A DNA stretch of 64,000 bases, from the NCBI RefSeq assembly GCF_964355755.1, contig NC_092680.1:10168001-10232000 (forward strand). The letters run 5' to 3'. Positions 61,901 through 64,000 of this stretch are shown one piece after another; within the stretch, counting starts at the first letter, position 1; every line of letters begins with the position of its first letter. This DNA comes from Antedon mediterranea. Its lineage: Eukaryota; Animalia; Echinodermata. The position numbers were made by a program, and so were the translations under genes. The notes under the pieces are model-generated. The model did no database searches and was not told the origin of the DNA. It worked only from the letters and a program-made list of their open reading frames with translations.

Positions 61901-64000
61901 CAATATCGTAAGAGTGGAAATTAATGTTATCAAATCTCATTTTGCGGTACATCTGAGATAGATAAGGTAGGTAACCAAGGCTGAGATTTGTCCCGAAGTT
62001 TTTCCCTTGTGCTCGCCTACGTCAGAACTAACCATAATTTATATATACATTAGATACATTCTACTGTAACGGAATTAACAAATTGTGGAACGCGTTCAAA
62101 TAAATCTATAAATCTATCTATAATTTTAAATTTTCAATAATAAATTAGCTCGGATGCAACCCAACGACAAGATTGACCAATCACAAATGACAGTTCTTGT
62201 GAGCCATCGCGATTATTCTTTCGGTGACCACTTACTATCATCATTATACCACTACCACCGATTCTCTGCTGTATCTCTACATAAGATACTAGATTATGGA
62301 TACAGTACCAAAAATTGGCTATTATAGTTTACGAAAAAGTTACCCTGTGTATGCCAATGGATGTTTCTTTGCCAGGGGAAATAGTGACGCCCTGATCCTC
62401 TGGAAAAGGCATCTCCGACTGGTCGTGTATAAGGATTCGTAATCCGGCCGCGGGTTGTATATCTGAAATGTATTCATCCTGTTGTATATTCATTTCCAAT
62501 GTTAAGCCTGTAAAAACAAACAGATCATTATAATTTTCTTTCAAAACAAAATTTTTCAGCACTGCCGATTATGAGACTTTTCAGCTTACAATTAACGGAA
62601 TAATTAAAGTTTTTGGCCAAAGCTCTACGAACTGGTTCGGCAGTTCTTTCACTATGATCGACATATTATTTCTAATAAACCATGTGACAGCCTCTTAAGA
62701 AGAGGCAATTGATTCGTTAATTTTCTATCAATAATGGTAAGTGTATGGATAAATAACTGTTAATTAAGTAACAGAGACTTGTGTGTGTGTAGTGTGCCTT
62801 GTAAACCATGCATAATTCAATTCTTTTTTTTAATAGGTTACTCATTAGTCCTGTATTTGTATTAACGATAGATATATCAATCATTTTCATGAATTTTAGG
62901 ATTAGACTATAATAATACAATACAATAGCATTAGGTCAAGTTCCTATAATGTAAATAAGAATAATACCGTAATAATTATGATCAGGATAATAACGGCAAG
63001 CCCATGGTACAAATAAAAAAGCCCCTTCCAACCGTACCCACTATCCTCGTCAGTCCCTTACTTCAATAGTAATATCTAGCCTTGGTTTAGTAGTAACAAC
63101 AAATGGTAAACGCTCACCATATAGAGGTCCAGCATATGAGGTGTTACTTATATTGTTTTCAAGACCGTTAAACGTATAGCAATTACCGTACAGATAATTG
63201 TATGAAAATGTGAAATTTCTGAAAACAAAGAGATATTGTTATTATTAATATTGCCCCCTATAAAGTTTATCTAGCCAATCTAGTATAAATATTAATTAAT
63301 CATTAAGACATCCACACACATATTAAATTCAAGAAATTAGCCTAAGCAATCAGGAACTATGCGAATAAAATGCAAAGCGATATCGTGGTGCTATTTAAAA
63401 TTCCACATGTTCTATTCAGGACGATAAATTTGGAAAATATGCAAACAAAACAAGCAAGCAGACAAACAATGCACATTTTGTTTTGCCAAATAATGGTACC
63501 AACTTGAACAGTATTCTAATGCCTTACGCTGGTACACATGGGTATCCATTGAAATTACACGACAGCATAGAGCTAGTGACCATGTGACCTGCATACTCTC
63601 TGTCTTCATATGGCATTTTGGCGAGTGTTTCTGTCACTGCGCTGATCATATCAAAGTAACCTTCACGACTTTCAAGATTAGAGCTCGTCCATTCCATAAA
63701 TTGATCATCCTAAAAACACACTCAATTTCAATCTTTTATTTCCAGATCCCAGTTCATACAGTATATAATTATAATTACGTATTAACATAATATTTAAAAG
63801 CCTATGAGTGACTGAGACAATATGATAATTAACACCTACCTGTTCCATAGCCTGATTATTTAATGAACTATGTAATTCAGGAGTTTTCAGTAAATATGAA
63901 AGTTTCATTCCGTTTAAGTTACAAATGGTGACAGCAGGGAATATAAGAGTAGTTGCCACTCGAACTTCCAAGTTTGTGGTGATCTGCCAAGATATGTAGG
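49774..64000 (-). CDS. DEG/ENaC (amiloride-sensitive / ASIC-like) sodium channel subunit, 5' end outside window; 11 exons visible
   Basis: Exons >64000-63840, 63709-63528, 63218-63118, 62507-62344, 60123-60019, 59619-59502, 59329-59257, 59096-59039, 53262-53192, 50522-50447, 49986-49774; all GT-AG and phase-consistent. Motifs FPAVTICNLN, YGNCYTFN, GPLYGLTL, GLRILIHDQSEMPFP, CDCPPAC, WP, SNIGGHLGLWIGMS. Confidence 0.93.
50447..50522 (-). CDS. DEG/ENaC exon
   Basis: LNFAKVNVYYENLQYDSVQQVPTYT. Confidence 0.9.
50640..50790 (+). repeat. ~17-18-bp minisatellite (ggacaactaccccta)
   Basis: About 8 degenerate copies. Same family at 53326-53390, 57108-57275 and inverted at 58236-58670. Confidence 0.85.
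51470..51850 (+). mobile_element. Diverged fragment of an Academ-like TIR
   Basis: caaaatggctgccat, gattttggtgtca, ctatttgctctaa and cagtttgacctttgacct parallel 53560-53870. Confidence 0.55.
52106..52254. repeat. Compound tetranucleotide microsatellite (AAAT/AAAC, AGAC, AGAT)
   Basis: Directly visible. Confidence 0.9.
52868..53036. mobile_element. Palindromic ~170-bp MITE-like element (possibly Crypton-related)
   Basis: tacaaataatggcat..ggtgaatgatgaaaggtta.atatcaac / gttgatat.taacctttcatcattcacc..atgccattatttgta around a central actcggcgttgcctcgt. Family assignment is tentative. Confidence 0.65.
53192..53262 (-). CDS. DEG/ENaC small exon (knuckle region)
   Basis: STVIDKIEDTPYLSTSNDTESFI; ttattcag| and |gtaagt. 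Phase 0 to 2 is what is needed to join the flanking exons. Confidence 0.78.
53421..57104. mobile_element. Non-autonomous Academ-like DNA transposon, ~440-bp TIRs, 3-bp TSD CGA
   Basis: cga|TAGTAGAGCAGTTAA ... TTAACTGCTCTACTA|cga. 53421-~53860 is the inverted match of ~56655-57104. TAG...CTA ends, long TIRs and 3-4-bp TSDs fit Academ. No transposase ORF. Confidence 0.85.
54362..56146. repeat. 30-bp minisatellite (ccccttctttgtctgtggatggtcttacac), roughly 60 copies, inside the TIR element
   Basis: Directly visible periodicity. Includes a ~300-bp higher-order duplication (~54950-55250 vs ~55250-55560). Confidence 0.95.
57108..57275 (+). repeat. ggacaactaccccta minisatellite, continuation of 53326-53390 split by the TIR element
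   Basis: The repeat resumes immediately after the right CGA TSD. Confidence 0.8.
58236..58670 (-). repeat. ggacaactacc(a)ccc minisatellite in inverted orientation
   Basis: tagttgtcctagggtgtagttgtccgggtgg tandem copies with a higher-order repeat. Confidence 0.88.
59039..59096 (-). CDS. DEG/ENaC exon
   Basis: EVSYTTTTSSSSWPNLNYM. Confidence 0.87.
59257..59329 (-). CDS. DEG/ENaC exon (Cys-rich thumb)
   Basis: EQCMLEAEQKIAEGSFICDCPPAC. Confidence 0.88.
59502..59619 (-). CDS. DEG/ENaC exon (Cys-rich thumb)
   Basis: ACWKDCIYYKTYNHCKCYLPKYTFDHSVTPLCTAGNATQ. Confidence 0.88.
60019..60123 (-). CDS. DEG/ENaC exon
   Basis: TEFERLPSPYPSDCSDSSVHTLFSELFSQITYSKP; tttcag| and |gtgagg. Confidence 0.88.
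62344..62507 (-). CDS. DEG/ENaC exon
   Basis: GLTLEMNIQQDEYISDIQPAAGLRILIHDQSEMPFPEDQGVTISPGKETSIGIHR. Confidence 0.92.
63118..63218 (-). CDS. DEG/ENaC exon
   Basis: NFTFSYNYLYGNCYTFNGLENNISNTSYAGPLY; tttcag| and |gtgagc. Confidence 0.9.
63528..63709 (-). CDS. DEG/ENaC exon
   Basis: DDQFMEWTSSNLESREGYFDMISAVTETLAKMPYEDREYAGHMVTSSMLSCNFNGYPCVP; ttttag| and |gtaagg. Confidence 0.88.
63840..64000 (-). CDS. DEG/ENaC exon (post-TM1, partial)
   Basis: YISWQITTNLEVRVATTLIFPAVTICNLNGMK...AMEQ|gtaggt. Confidence 0.9.

Noticed and set aside
63412-63609. 65-aa minus-strand ORF
   Set aside because: Wrong frame over the real DEG/ENaC exon 63709-63528.

Overview
AT-rich eukaryotic genomic DNA from an invertebrate animal. 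Echinoderm-like origin is only an inference from gene content and TAGGCCTA-rich motifs. The left half (1-30667) is one rolling-circle transposon locus. It holds an apparently intact autonomous Helentron-type element with a 3131-aa ORF: hydrophobic N-terminus, PHD finger, herpesvirus-tegument-type (C76-like) cysteine protease, OTU protease, 18-aa repeats, HUH Rep, PIF1-like helicase and AP/EEP endonuclease. The element sits in a head-to-tail and nested array of ~1.15-1.2 kb non-autonomous units that share its termini, and is preceded by the 3' arm of a second copy. The right half holds two spliced host genes on the minus strand: a GnRH-receptor-family GPCR (3 coding exons, 376 aa) and a DEG/ENaC (ASIC-like) channel (11 exons visible, 5' end beyond the window). 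The channel's introns contain an Academ-like TIR element with a 3-bp TSD carrying a 30-bp minisatellite, plus other inverted and tandem repeats. Coordinates were read by eye. Domain names come from motif recognition, not database searches.
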